A stretch of DNA of 64,000 nt from Neoechinorhynchus agilis. Its lineage: Eukaryota > Animalia > Acanthocephala. The stretch is taken from contig CM121341.1 of the NCBI GenBank assembly GCA_051530055.1, forward strand, positions 3,152,151 to 3,216,150, written 5' to 3'. Below are positions 1-13,185 of this stretch, one piece after another (positions within the stretch are counted from its first letter, which is position 1; each line of letters opens with the position of its first letter). A program made the translations under genes and the position numbers. Below the pieces are notes generated by a model. That model saw only the letters and a program-made list of their open reading frames with translations. It ran no database searches and was not told the DNA's origin.

Positions 1-99
1 CGGGTACAGAGTTTCGATACAACGATGAATGCATCACTAAAAAACGAGAAATGATGTTTAATCAATTATTACGCTAAAGAAACGTGAAAGGATTGATAC

Positions 100-1300
100 G
101 GAAATATACCAAAAAAATCGATCCAGCCATGGGAAGACGCCGAATATGTGCTTATTTTGTCCAAAATACATAATTCGCCATTAAAATCCCGACCAATTAT
201 AGTCTCGCATTCTGCATACATCACTAGAACAGCTAAAACATTGACTAACATGTTGCGAAATTTAATGCCGGTGGATAAGCACACAGTTTCAACGGGCATA
301 GAGTTCCTGGGAAGATTGAAGGCGAACTCAAATGGAGAATATAGAATTGTTTCTATTCATGAAAATACCATTGGACTCAGCGGTCAACCTCGCAATTCCT
401 ATACATCATCGCAATGTAGAAGGCTGGAATTTAACTGAATCTGAATGAAAGGAACTCTTTTAAATGTTTACGACGAATACGAATTTCAATTTCGAAGGCA
501 AGAGCTATCAACAAGTAGATGGACTGTCCAGGGGGCCCCCTTGGCCCAAGTCATCGCCAAATTGCTCATGCGCGATTGGGAGGCCAGGTATGTATCCAGC
601 CTACAGTTTGTCAAATTTTTTCAGAGATACGTAGATAATACTTTTATCTTAATCAACAAATCCACAAAGACGGGAAAGTTTCCGATCGATTTTGCAATCG
701 TGTTCACGCCGAGTGGTTCCTCCTCGCTATAAATAGCCATACAAAACCTAAGATTTGGAGAAAAAAAGAACTTCAGTCGCAATGCGATGGGGATTTTCTC
801 AACCCCCCAACACTGCGATTTTAAGGAAACAAAATTTTGCGATGAATACCATCACCCGACACTTACTTTACTCTAATGAAAGCAAACGACTTTTCATTTA
901 TTGTGCTAGAAAATTTGTATTCAGTGTATTTTGGTAAAACGTTTATCGCCAATCAATGCAAATGTTTTTTAGCACGATCCATTGTTTCTGATTCGACAGT
1001 TTCGAGCGGAAACCTTTAATCAACAACGAGTATAAAAATTATTCAAATATAAGAAATTTGACGAATACGATATTATTTACACTGATTTTTGTTTGAAATC
1101 GCCTTTTAAGTGCTAGATAAAAAGGGTACAAATGGAAATGTTAAGGCATTTTCGTAAACTCTGATTTTAATCATTTGAATAATATCCTAGCGGGTAATTA
1201 TTTTCGATTTATCCTTAGTTCGGCTGCCCATTGCTGCCTTTCTTTTTCTCACAAAAGGCCTTGGCAATATAACATTGTTGTTTTTAATCACAAAAAATCA
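100..1300 (+). mobile_element. Penelope-like element remnant (RT domain and downstream region), degenerate
   Basis: ORFs 148-438 (KIHNSPLKSRPIIVS, like PLE K.HK..PLRPIVS) and 445-732 (QGAPLAQVIAKLLM...FFQRYVDNTF, like GSPLAPVIANLFM...RYVDDTF); stops and frameshifts; 624-1300 recurs inverted at 63093-63744. Confidence 0.8.
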
Positions 1301-2001
1301 CTACTACTTCTCGTTATTGTTACTGTATTGTTGGACTTCACGAATGATACATCCTCGGGCAAATCGTCTATATCAGCAATGAAATCCATGAGTTTATCGC
1401 GGCATTTTATCAAGTGGATTCGCGCCAATGTCCTATGTCCGAGAAAAAGCTTAGAAATTTTAAATACATAGGAAAATAGCAATGGTGGCCGTAGGACAAG
1501 ACAGTATGACAAACGCTCTGGATAATGACTGCTTAACATATCGGCTGAGTATCGAATGATATTAAAATCGATATTTCTCCAGCCTATTCCATATACATCG
1601 AATAAAATACTAACACGTGAGCCTCTTTTTAACGCAGTTTCGATCAAGACGATTATAAATTCCTTGAACTTATCATCTTGTAGGTTGCCATCATGTTTCG
1701 AACATCTTACAAGGATTATCGGATGTCCGCGATTGTCTCTTACATCGTTAAGAACCTCTGCTTCGTGCTCTTTAATGTAAGAAGGCGCTTTTGGATCTTT
1801 GCAATCCGGCAAAACCAACTCGTGAGGTTTAATGACTTTCCTCCACTCGAAATCGCATCGGATGTTTTTTTCTGCTTCTTGAATATTTCCATCTTGCGCC
1901 AAATAAAACCGTTCAATGGTATTTGCGGTTATATTGGGAATATCTTGCAGCGCCGCTTGTAGTTTAATCAAGTGCTCTTGTGATATCTTCTCCAGCTGCA
2001 T
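1288..2001 (-). CDS. CRAL-TRIO (Sec14-like) lipid-binding protein, intronless
   Basis: CRAL_TRIO_N-like IERFYLAQDGNIQEAEKNIRCDFEWRK; DNRGHPIILVR; HYPERLSYCLVLRPPLLFSYVFKISKLFL. Confidence 0.9.
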   Translation of the reverse strand: MQLEKISQEHLIKLQAALQDIPNITANTIERFYLAQDGNIQEAEKNIRCDFEWRKVIKPHELVLPDCKDPKAPSYIKEHEAEVLNDVRDNRGHPIILVRCSKHDGNLQDDKFKEFIIVLIETALKRGSRVSILFDVYGIGWRNIDFNIIRYSADMLSSHYPERLSYCLVLRPPLLFSYVFKISKLFLGHRTLARIHLIKCRDKLMDFIADIDDLPEDVSFVKSNNTVTITRSSSDFL

Positions 2002-2364
2002 TTTTTAAATTTGGTTTAGCATAATCGGTACTCGTTTATTTGCAGCTCTAAAAACTAAGATTTTGTTATTTAAAATAAAATTAAATAGCTAGCGGTTCGG
2101 AGCTATCGTTCCAGACTTCGTTAATGTGCCGACCGAAACAAATACTTTTTATAATGACATAAAATGCTACTTACGATACCAATACAACTGCATGAACAAG
2201 AATGTTCAATAACAAAATTGTATTTATTACTGGTTTCATATAAATGCAATTCCTAGTTAATATTATTTCAGCTATTTTTAGGCAATGAATTCATTCGATT
2301 AAGAAAAGATTCAAAAAGCCACCTCCTACTTTTAGATGGTTCGAACATTCTAATCGTATCTTTA

Positions 2365-3253
2365 TTAAACTCCATGACTAGACAGCGTTTGATACAGATG
2401 CACCACTACCAACAATGCGAACGCTCCGATCGTCAATAAATGGGCACAAACTCCGTTTTTGTATAAAATGAGAGCGAGATAGATCCAAGAGACAAGCAGT
2501 GCGGTATGCATAAACTCTAATAAGCTCCGTTTAAGTAGACAACGCTTAAATGATCGAAAATCATTTATCTTCACCTCTTCAACCTTTTCTTTAGCCAGCA
2601 TTTGAGCTGAGGCGTTCTGGCTTGAATAAAAATTATCTAAATGTAACGTTTCATTGGTAATAAATGTGCTGCAATAGAGCGGTTCGTAAGCAAGACTAAT
2701 ATTGTCATCCACACCAGATATTGTTATAAAAGATATAAAAATACCTGGTTTAAACTTATACAAGATCTATGGTAGTGATACCCAGAAAACTTCCTATTTC
2801 TCAAACACAATTGATTCCGACAACCAATTTCAACCTCATCTTTAATTTTATCCATAATATTAATGTGAAAACTAATTCCTACGAGATACTTTTCGTCGCT
2901 ATGCAACCGGTGAATTAGCTCTCCTTTTGAAGATTTTTCTTATGTACTGTACGAAATCCGATAATTAACCTTTGTAAACCTATAATCATTTTAATTGCTG
3001 AGGTCCCTTAGAAGGTTACATATTGAAGATAGAAAAATGCTTCTCTACTTTCTGGTGAAAATAATGACAAAATAGTTAAGATACGTGAAAATTCGCCGTC
3101 TCTTGTGAAATGGATAAAATAACAACTTTCATGATCAGCACAATTACAGAGCATTTTTATGGCATTTGATTGAATATGAAAGTTAGCAAGTGAAAGAGTT
3201 CTAAAATTAGTACATTTTAGTATCTGTACGATCTCATGTAAGCTATTGAACAT
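2365..3253 (-). CDS. Possible spliced gene of unknown function with C-terminal hydrophobic helices
   Basis: Three same-strand ORFs (3008-3253, 2724-2906, 2365-2763); the last ends in two TM-like segments; no family recognised. Confidence 0.3.
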
Positions 3254-6200
3254 TTATTTAGCTAAGAAGAGTATCCTTTACGAATACTTCGCAAAATCAG
3301 ACTCATTTTGCTCCAAAAATTAGCGAACTTTTGCTAGGAAGTGAAATACTCCAACCTTCTATGAAAAGCGGTATTTACAATTTTTTTTCGCGTGGGTACA
3401 ATTTCCAAATAGTATACAATCGAGATACAAAAATCCACTAATATCGGCGTTTTCCTGTTAGATAGACTCTTGTGCGTGTTTTATAATAATTTTCACAAAA
3501 ACAGAAATTATTTGTTATAATAATTCTATTTGAAGATTTAATTATTCATGTTTTTATATGGCGGAAAATTTGAAGTAATTTATTCTCTTGAGCCTATTTG
3601 GCTTTAATTTAAAAATAAAAACGAAAAGAAAGCTATTAAAATGCTTAAAAGGACGTTTGCATTTAGTTCAATAGCAGAGCAATTTATTAAAAATCTGCTT
3701 ATTTCCTAAAATAAGGAAAGTATTTTTGTCAAAAAATTATATCAGATAAATTTAAAAGAAATGCAACTTGATAGTACAACCCAATTCTTGGAATATCAGC
3801 TTTAAGATGCCATTTAGCCTTTGATTGAAAAAAGGCCGCTTAGTCACGAATACATTCAATTCGCTTAACGCTTTTCATTGGCTTGTTTTCACGACAATTT
3901 AATCGCCAAGATATAACCCATGCGAGCTCATGCGTTAAACATAAGCAGATTACTGTAAAGCGATACTATCTTGCGCCATAGAGTCCGAATTTTTATAGAT
4001 TAGATTCATCAGCACTTTCATTTTTTTTAATGAGCTGTTAAATGAAAATCATGTAAGGATAAAATATGAATATCTCTTCAACACTTGAATAAAACGACTG
4101 ACTTTGATAGCGTGATGAAACAAAATTTAAAATGGAAAAGATAGCATATCTTTAAACTTCAGTATCACCCAACGGGGTAAAAAATTCATGTAAGTTAGAA
4201 CAAAACTAATTAAAACGTCCAAAGAAAAAGGCCAAGATTTATTTCTAGGAAAATAATAAAACGTCAGTTGGAGTATACTCGATGAAATTAAAATTATAAA
4301 ACAAGATTTCACACGTCAGTTAAGCAGTTTGATATGTCGACGCAAACGAGGAAAATAAATTAGACTACAAAAGGTTGGATCAGATAGTTTTAAATTTCAG
4401 CATAGTGAAATGCATCAGGCAAACGTTTCGACTCCGGTACCACATTTAAGATTTTTTCCCTACGGCAGGAAACAAATCTGAGCACTATATCAGGAAAATA
4501 TTTAAGCGTAATTCACGCAATTCCTAATCTCGTATCGAATTTTTTAAATGGGAAATACATCATTTTTACGACAAATCCTTCTAACCAGAAAATATAAACA
4601 AAAGGATGTTGCTGTCACTGATGTATAGAAATAAATTTATTACGACAAATTTGTTTTTAATATAATTTAAAAATCAGTCGGGCATGACGATGAAAATTAG
4701 AAAACTCTTACTTGTAGGATTGAGAAAAGGATAAATTGTTGCGAATCAACAACTTATTTTGGTTACAGAGTTTCTTTTTATTGATTTTAGGCGACTTATC
4801 CGTAATCGACAATATATGTTAAAAATTCATTTTTCGCAACCTAAAATGCTAGTAGCTTATCTGATAATAATTGAACTAAAAATTCTATGATCATTTAATT
4901 TCAATCTCTTTTCTTATTACATTTAAACGCGTTTTCCCGTTCACGTTTTAAAATACGATACAAACATCAATAAATTTTAAAGAAAATTTGTTACGCCAAG
5001 ATGTATGGGAGATCCACTAATGTTTTGTAAACATTTACTAAAATTCATATGAACGATTTGTCGGCTTTACGTTTAAAATCATCCAAAAATCGTAACATCC
5101 TTTGTTTAAGACACTTCGAAATCAAAATTACAACAACAATATTTTCGCAAATTTTCTTAGTCTGCAATTCAGTCTTCCTGTTGAGAAAGTAATTAATTAA
5201 TTTTAATCGATTCCGCGAAACATATAAGATTTAATTTTCTGAAGATACTTTGCAATAAACTTTAGATATACTAAAAGCTATAGCATAAATATCCTAATTA
5301 GGACAAACGATATGTGCTATTTTTGACGAATCAAATTTTTCAATCACTTACGGATAAATAAACTATATTGTCGCAACCGATTCCAATTTCTGTGAAATCT
5401 TTTTATTGTTTCCGAAACACACTTTTTTAAACACCTCTTTCAAATGCAATAAATTAAAAAGGAATTGAAGGAAAATTGGCTATTGAATTTATTAAAGTTG
5501 AACTTTTAAAAAGATTTGCCATGTATAAGAATTCAATATAAATATCGAGATGGAATATGAGCGTTTTCGCATATAAAAATGACTTTAAATGCTCGGGAAT
5601 TTTCTTGTTTTTCTCGCTGTTATTTAAAAGGCCAACAAATAACTTACCTTAGCCGAGATTCTTAATAGCTTGTCCTTGTAAAAAAGTGTTTTTGATCATT
5701 TGATTATTCAGCGAATCAAGCAAATCTTACTTTTCCATGAAAGAGCATTATAGCACACTGGGGAATTGTCACTGTTCATGAGATGGCTCGAATATTTGGG
5801 AATTTCCCTTAGAAAACGATTATGTCTAGATTATAAAAAGCCAATAATTCGTGCATCAACATTCATAAGTATAATTGTGTTAAAAGACGGTCGCATGAGA
5901 CATTAGTTTCCACACAAACATCAACCTAGTCACGAAGACCCACTATTTTTTCTGGAGTGATTAAAAGGAGTGGTTTTTTTACGTGCCAAATGACAATTCC
6001 GTATAAATTTTCCTTGTTTATTTCAAGGCTTTGAGTAGACAAGTGTTCGTGATTATTCTCGATTATCACGGTGGAAACTTAAACCCGCAGACAAATCGTG
6101 TCGAAGTATAAATAACCCATTGAATCCATCAATTAGAACCCGAATCAACCAATGCAATACTGTTTTCATTCGAATCTTCGAATGTGCTTTAATTCTGTAA

Positions 6201-7730
6201 ATGAAATCACCACAAAAAGATACTAGGAGTCACTTTCACTCAAATACGTAACTAAATGAGCTGTTCTGCTGTCGAAAAAAGTATACCGCATTTGTTGCCA
6301 TAAATTAAGCTCTATTAAAAGATCTCCTATATTTTTCATAAAAAATTAACGTTTAATTGATTATTTCTAAGGTAATGCTTTAATTATGAAAGCGCATTTT
6401 TCCGATTTAATTAAAACGACCACTAAAATATCATTCGTGATATTTTTATATAAAAGATGCATCACATAAGAACGAGTGATTTCCGAACTCATCCTAATTT
6501 ACCAAGACACAAACGTGACAGCTCACAATGCATTCGACGACAATCGGTGAGTTTGCTAATTGCGTAAATTTGATGATATTTGATCAAAAGTTCATTTTAG
6601 CTATTTTCAACGACAAGTAAACAATCGGAGACATCTCCGGCGGACCCAAGGACACTTGCCAGGTTATATGCATCCAAACAATTCCGAATAAGGGTATGTC
6701 TGTTTTCCGGTACATGAGGGAATAGACTTCATCATTAAGTTTTTTCAGCTTTCACGTAGAAAATTGAATTATCTCAAGTATACGTTCATTATTTTAAGCG
6801 GTGGTAGCTGCGGGAGGGAAATAACAGTTTAAATAGTGTAATGTTTGGTACTTTCGATCCGTCAAATCCTCGTATAAATTCATGTTTCCTCCTAAGGTTT
6901 GTATTGAGTGATTTGAAGCCCAAAAAAGCGAGCAAATAGCATGGAGGTTCAGGTATAGGTACTTATCAAAGAAACGCTACGCATTAGTTACCAAATTCGG
7001 TTCCATCGACAATAGGAGAAGCAGTGTATACCATTAATGCGCATTTGTCTCGAAAATACGGCGAGGAGTTCGTCAATCTGGTGCTAATACAGGTCGTTCA
7101 TAGCTCGTTTTTGGTTGCGATAACAAATTATGTCGCTGATGGCACTAGCAGAGGAGTACTCGTGTAAAGCATGCTAAGCTTATGCTACGAGTATGGCTCC
7201 CAGACACCGAGAATCCCAGCCCATTCACCTCTTATATCTCTGCCATCACCTCTTGGGAACCTCTCCGCGCGATATAACATTTTTGTATCTGTGTGATCAC
7301 TAAAGTCCAATTTAAGCTAAAGAAAGGTTAGTTGTGTTCATACCTGTTAAGTCTTCAGAAATCTCGAGAGAAATTCAACTCAGTAGGGAGTTCAAAAAGG
7401 TTCGTCTAAATTGACTTATGTGCTTTAATCGACGAATCGTTATGGTACTAATGAGTGCCGATTCAAGATCACAAACTTTAAATTAGTTTCAAGAACTTTT
7501 CACATTCGCATTGCGATTGCCTTTGTTGCAAAGACTCCCACCATAAGCAATCGTTCTTTTCGTTGTCTGCGAGGGGAAGGTGGATCTAATGTGCCACACT
7601 GCTCTCCTTCTGCTTTAATTTATTGCCATATAAACAAATCTACTGCTTCCATCTCGTTCGCGCACTCCCTTCTTAACCAGCTCCTTCGCCTTCTTCAACC
7701 AGTCTCAGTCTATAGGCCCTAAACCGCCAC

Positions 7731-8555
7731 ATGTCGAAGGACCTCTTCAAATTTGAAATTAAAAGGCATCTCGGAAGCTTGGAGCAAGGGAAATGGCTAT
7801 TGAAAAGTCCAAGGCAAATTGAAGTTCGATCTGATGGTCTAATATTTGTTTGTGATTTTAAAGGGGATCGAATTCTAGCCCTTACACATAACAACATGCT
7901 CGCTCATGTCATCTCAGAAGTTTCTGGCATTCCACTTATTGCTCCATCAGGAGTAACAAGCGATAGCCGAAATAATGTCTATTTCACCGATGAGCATTCG
8001 TGCATTGTTGTCATGGACAAGGAACTCAATCTTCTCCATTACATCGGAACTGAGGAGGCCGAGGGAGCTCTGATCAACTTTCAAGGTCTTCATATCGACA
8101 GTGACGACAATTTGTTCGCTATCGATAACGCCCACAAGCAAATCAGACATTATGATAAAAATGGTCGACTTGTTAGATTTTTCGGAGAAAAAGGAGATGA
8201 CGACCATCAGTTCAATTCATTGAAATATGTCATTTCAAGAAATAATGATCTATATGTCAGTGATCCTCAATCGAATAAAATCAAAGTTTACACAAAAGAT
8301 GGGCGATTTCAATATGCATTTGGAGCTAAAAATGAACATGAAAGTCTATCAAGTCCAAGAGGAATGCGGATCTACGATGGGAAATACCTTTTAGTCTGCG
8401 ATAGTCACAATGACCGTATAGAAATATTCGATCTCAACGGAAAGTATATTCAACCCCTTATCACAAACTTCGAAGATCCAGAAGATGTTAATATTAGCAA
8501 AAACGGATGCGTGATCGCTTGTATGAACGATCGACTAGCAGTCCTCGATTCGTAG
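7731..8555 (+). CDS. NHL-repeat six-bladed beta-propeller protein (may be the last exon of a larger gene)
   Basis: Repeated NHL motifs: SPRQIEVRSDGLIFVCDFKGDRI, APSGVTSDSRNNVYFTD, SPRGMRIYDGKYLLVCDSHNDRIEIFDLNGKYI. Confidence 0.85.
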   Translation: MSKDLFKFEIKRHLGSLEQGKWLLKSPRQIEVRSDGLIFVCDFKGDRILALTHNNMLAHVISEVSGIPLIAPSGVTSDSRNNVYFTDEHSCIVVMDKELNLLHYIGTEEAEGALINFQGLHIDSDDNLFAIDNAHKQIRHYDKNGRLVRFFGEKGDDDHQFNSLKYVISRNNDLYVSDPQSNKIKVYTKDGRFQYAFGAKNEHESLSSPRGMRIYDGKYLLVCDSHNDRIEIFDLNGKYIQPLITNFEDPEDVNISKNGCVIACMNDRLAVLDS

Positions 8556-10495
8556 ATGAATACTGAATTTGAGGGATCATGTATCATCCTCATACTCACA
8601 AACAACCAAAGAACCCACAACAATTACCAGCAAAAGAATAATCTTTATTTATTAAACCCGCCTATATTGTTGGATACACTAGAGAAAACATTGTCGGTTA
8701 TTTGTAGTGTGAGAGATGTGCGTATGTGGTGTTCAATGATTTTGTCTCCCTCCCTTTCTCATAAATAAACGCGTAATGTCTTAAACATTAACTTTGGATC
8801 AATTGGAAAAATTCCGTTAAAATAACGTTTTTGATGGCAAAGCGCAAACTTCTGATTGGGATCGATATTTTCGTTCAGCATTAAACCAAAACACTTAAAA
8901 TTACACGCCATTTTGTAATCAATCTAAATCTTTTCGGCTATTTTAACAGAACGCAAATCCTACAAAACAATTGAATTACCTAAATGCGAAATAGTAAACA
9001 ATTTAAGTGTCATGAGTAGAATTTAATAGCACTTCAAAAATATCATGGCACAAAAATTTCTCAATGAACGTTTTGCAACGCAATTTATTTACTCAATTTT
9101 TCACCTTCATCAAGCGTAAAAACACAATCAGGACCTATTTAAATCGCACAGACGAAAAAACCAATTGCGATTAATAACGCCACTCATTAAAACCAATGGC
9201 ATTCGTAAGTTCATTTTTTGCGGTAAATGAATGGCCCTTAACAATTAATGGCTTCCGACAATTCATACAATGTGAAATAAGGTTGATACTTGAGAGTAAA
9301 ATGTTAGTCTCGACCGAACAAAAATGGCGGCTAAATGTCTAAGTATAAAAATTCGACTGAAGTAAATTTAATGGCGTTCATAGAAGTTAGCTGCAGAATT
9401 TGAGCTTCCGGACGCTTTGGGGAAATATATTTCCATGTTACTAAGCTAACCTCTCCATGTGTTACTTGTCAATTTGATGAGCCGTTCCATTCATTGTCAA
9501 TGTAGAAAGATAATGACAGAAATGCGTAAATCAATTGTCGCAGAGGTATGTTTATTACCCGAATACTTGAATACGATTTAGTTGATCAGCTTGTATTTCG
9601 TTGTTGATGAACCGATAATTCATAATTGATTTTAATGAGATATCTTTTTAAATGCATCATAGACCTTTTCATTTGGAATAAAATTGATTTTATGATTACT
9701 TCGCTCTACGCTTTAAAACCACGCTTTCGTAATTGAATCTTTTTTCAATCTTTTATATTTGACAGCTACTTTAAACGCTGAAGTAACGACTTAGAGTGCA
9801 ACCTTTTCAGTAAAAAATATATGATGAAATTACTTTATTAGCTTTACCAGAAATTATTGGAAATATTTGCATCGACCAAATCGTGAGAAACGACTTGGGC
9901 ACATTGTTTAAAGATATTAAGCATTTCGGAAGTAATCGTCATTTTTAATAGCGTATCAGCGAAAGTGGTATTAAGTTAATTTGCATACCACATAACTCAG
10001 GAATTTTGCATAATTTGTATTTGGAAATCGCTGAAGCTCACAAGAAACTCTCACAAACTTATAGAGATTTTTATAATTTTAAATGCATCAGAAATAGTTA
10101 TAAGGCAAAAATTTCATTCGTTGAAATCCACATATAAAACCTCAAGAAATTCATTAAGAAACCGTAGTATTATTTCTTTCCTTCACGTGAAAATATATCT
10201 TAGATACTAAAGCATTATATCCAGGATTTCATGTTCATTTACGCATTCCTTGGTATATTTTTTTCGCTTAATACACTCGCCGAATTTTTTTATCGCACTG
10301 TGCAGAAATTCGTCGAATCGATTGTTTTATTTTTTTGACAAAGTGTGATTTGAGCGAAAATATCTTCCACAAGGTACGGCAAAATGATTAATTATAATTT
10401 TTTGAAGCAAGAATAAAAACGCAATATTTATCAGCGTGCATTTATTAAAAAAATTACCGTTGAAAAATTCAGGCGTGTTCTGGCATAGTTTTGAT

Positions 10496-11071
10496 TTATC
10501 CATAATAATGATTAGAATAAGGCCGATCCTGGGTATGACCAGCACCCATCCACGGAAATCGAAACGGTTGTTGATAATTATATTGAATCCGTTGAGTAGA
10601 CGGATCTGCTAAACCATATTTTGATTTTCTTTTACTTGATGGATATCCTTGATTTTGGTTAGGCACATTATTCATTGGGGTAAAATTGTTGGGTGCACTC
10701 CAGGTGTATGATTCATGAGATTGTTTAAATTGAGGCCACTTTTGTGGTGCCCGGTTTTGGTTATTTAGTTGAAAATCGCTTTCGCTATCATTTGCGAATG
10801 GGCACTCCACAAACAGTCTTTTCTCCAAAACTGGCCTCTGACTACATTCCTCAACAAAAATGTCGAAATCTCGTTTGCTCAGAATGGGTATCCGCGTATT
10901 GTTATTACCGATATAATACAAGCAATACGAAGGCAAAGAACAGTAAACTGGGAATCCCCTGATAATTCGGCGTAGTTCATAGAAGGCTTCTGCTTCATCC
11001 TCAAATTCAAATCGAAATTTGCGTCCTTTGCGCTCTTCTGGATTGATGTAGGTTAATCGAAACACAATCAT
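10496..11071 (-). CDS. Small protein with a PB1-like N-terminal domain and an N/Q/P/Y-rich tail
   Basis: ATG at 11071 (MIVFRLTY...RKFRF...YCLYYIGNNNTRIPILSKRDFDIFVEE...RLFVE) follows the PB1 pattern, although the acidic OPCA residues are partly replaced; low-complexity C-terminus. Confidence 0.45.
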   Translation of the reverse strand: MIVFRLTYINPEERKGRKFRFEFEDEAEAFYELRRIIRGFPVYCSLPSYCLYYIGNNNTRIPILSKRDFDIFVEECSQRPVLEKRLFVECPFANDSESDFQLNNQNRAPQKWPQFKQSHESYTWSAPNNFTPMNNVPNQNQGYPSSKRKSKYGLADPSTQRIQYNYQQPFRFPWMGAGHTQDRPYSNHYYG

Positions 11072-13185
11072 AAGATTCGCGTACAAATTGAGTGAACGTG
11101 AAGTGAAACCTTTTATGCTCGAGAAGTCGCTTACGTGAGTTTTGTGGTTGAGCAACGTTTAGGTACGTTTTGTTACATAACGAAGTGTAGATGGTATACG
11201 CAATTGACGAGTGTTCATGTGTCTTTGATTGTTTATGAGTCACTTAAAACACCTCCGATGCACACAGTGAGTTGTAAAAAAAAGAATTAAACAAAAGTTG
11301 ACGATTTAGGGGTGAAAAAGAAGAAAAATTCAGATGACTAATAGTTGCGCCAACAACGAACGTCTTTAATTCCCTCATTTTGAATGCATATATGTAAATT
11401 TTATCCGCTTAAAACGCATTGAATTGAGGACAGAATTTTGAGTGCCAAAATCAGTATAATTTTTAAGGATCACTAAAAACGTATCATTACTCAACAAGAA
11501 ACAATCCTACGTGTGGGTTTTTTGTTAAGACCTAAAACAATCATCGCTGATATTCGATTAATGAATAAACATTCAAACGGCTGCAAAAGTTGTCGCCAAA
11601 GCATTTCTTCATCGTACACGAAAATTATGAACTGAAACTAAAACTCTTCCATACGAAAACATATTCCTAGAAAGCAGCATTAATAACGAAAGTTTAGCAG
11701 CAGACACTTTACAGAGTAACACTTTCAAAAAAATATAATTTGTATATTGCAAACGATTGGAGTTATTCATTGGATGACAAATGTAACGGAACGTGCCGTG
11801 TTCAATTCAACAAAGTCGAAGAGTTACATAGCAAAAGGACGAAGTTCAGAGAGTTAAATTTTATCTGTGATGCAAGAAAAATGTAAGCGAACCAGTGGTT
11901 CTTTCAAAACTGAAGAAATGGACATTTCTCAGAATTGCAGGCTTAAAGCTCACAAAACGGGTGAAATCGAAAGCAAAGACGGTTTTTCTTGTTATCGAAG
12001 TGCTGGGCGAAATCTTTATTTTGCCATCAGCAAATCATTTTGACAAAAACGAGAATTTGAATCCCGAGGTAGTCAACGAAATTTGTTTAAAGGTTGAAGC
12101 TGGAGATCAACTGTTGAGCACGGAAAATATTACAAACGGAAACAACTATCGAATCTGCAACGTCGATAATGAAGAAATCCCAATTTCATGAAATTCAGTC
12201 GTCCATAAATCGAGAAGGAGAGCAAATGATAATGAAGGTGGAAAAAACGGCACCTTCTTCGTAAAGTTGGACTGCGACGATATCGAAATTCTTCGGATCA
12301 TTTTTTTGGATAAAGTAACGGATGAAAAAGGTACAAATCAACTCAAAAATAACTTAGATGAACATTTAAAGGACCGATCTGGAAAATTTGATTGTCATGA
12401 GCTAATCGCTGAAATTAATTCGAGCTGAAGAGCGTTTGACAAAGGCGGTTAAGGATAAATCTATTGTTCACGAGCTTATAGGAAGCCTGGAATTCGAAAC
12501 AGTTCATTCTGACGTCAATGAATTATCCGATGATCGAAACGTGGACATCTTCGAAGACTATCTTGGCTTGGTGCCTAGCGATAAGATCGACCCTCAACCG
12601 CAGGATGCGAATTCGATGGTTGGCAATAAATTCGAAATGCCCAATGCGAATTCCATATCAGCCAATTGTAACAGTGCCTCCTAAATTAATGATCTGATTC
12701 CCTTTAAAATCATATCGATTTTGAGGCATTCGAAAAGAGATAATGCTGGTCAAACGCGATTGGACTTGAAGCTGATTTACCGATTCTGTGACCGACAGTG
12801 CAGAATTCAGAGCAAAGTAAATGTTAATGATATAAATTTAAATGATCCCACGGTCCATGCATAAACGAATTGCCTCAATTATTGCTCACACATTTGCAAG
12901 GCGATATTAAAAATGAAAAGGATTCGGATCTTACAAAACAAATTACGATTAGTTTAACTTTCGAGTGGAAGTGAATTCAATTTTATTAGACTGAATTTTT
13001 TATGGAATCTTAATTGAGTTTAACATCGGAGATTGGATTTCAATTCCTTCTTAATTTTTCCGAAACGGTGTTGTGAACGGTAGTTCACCGTTGTCGCTAT
13101 GGACAACGATATCTGGTTTCTGGGTTAACTAAAATTGGTAACGAAACACGTAAAGTAGCAACGAATCTTTTAAACGACTATCTAT

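Noticed and set aside
3300-7500. Long AT-rich interval searched for RNA genes, hairpins and hammerhead cores
   Set aside because: Only partial matches (for example GAAACGTT near 4425 without an upstream CTGANGA); nothing supportable
11760-12700. Possible FLYWCH/MULE-type zinc-finger remnant (FICDARK-CKR...NH)
   Set aside because: It needs several frameshifts and no DDE motif was found; too weak to call
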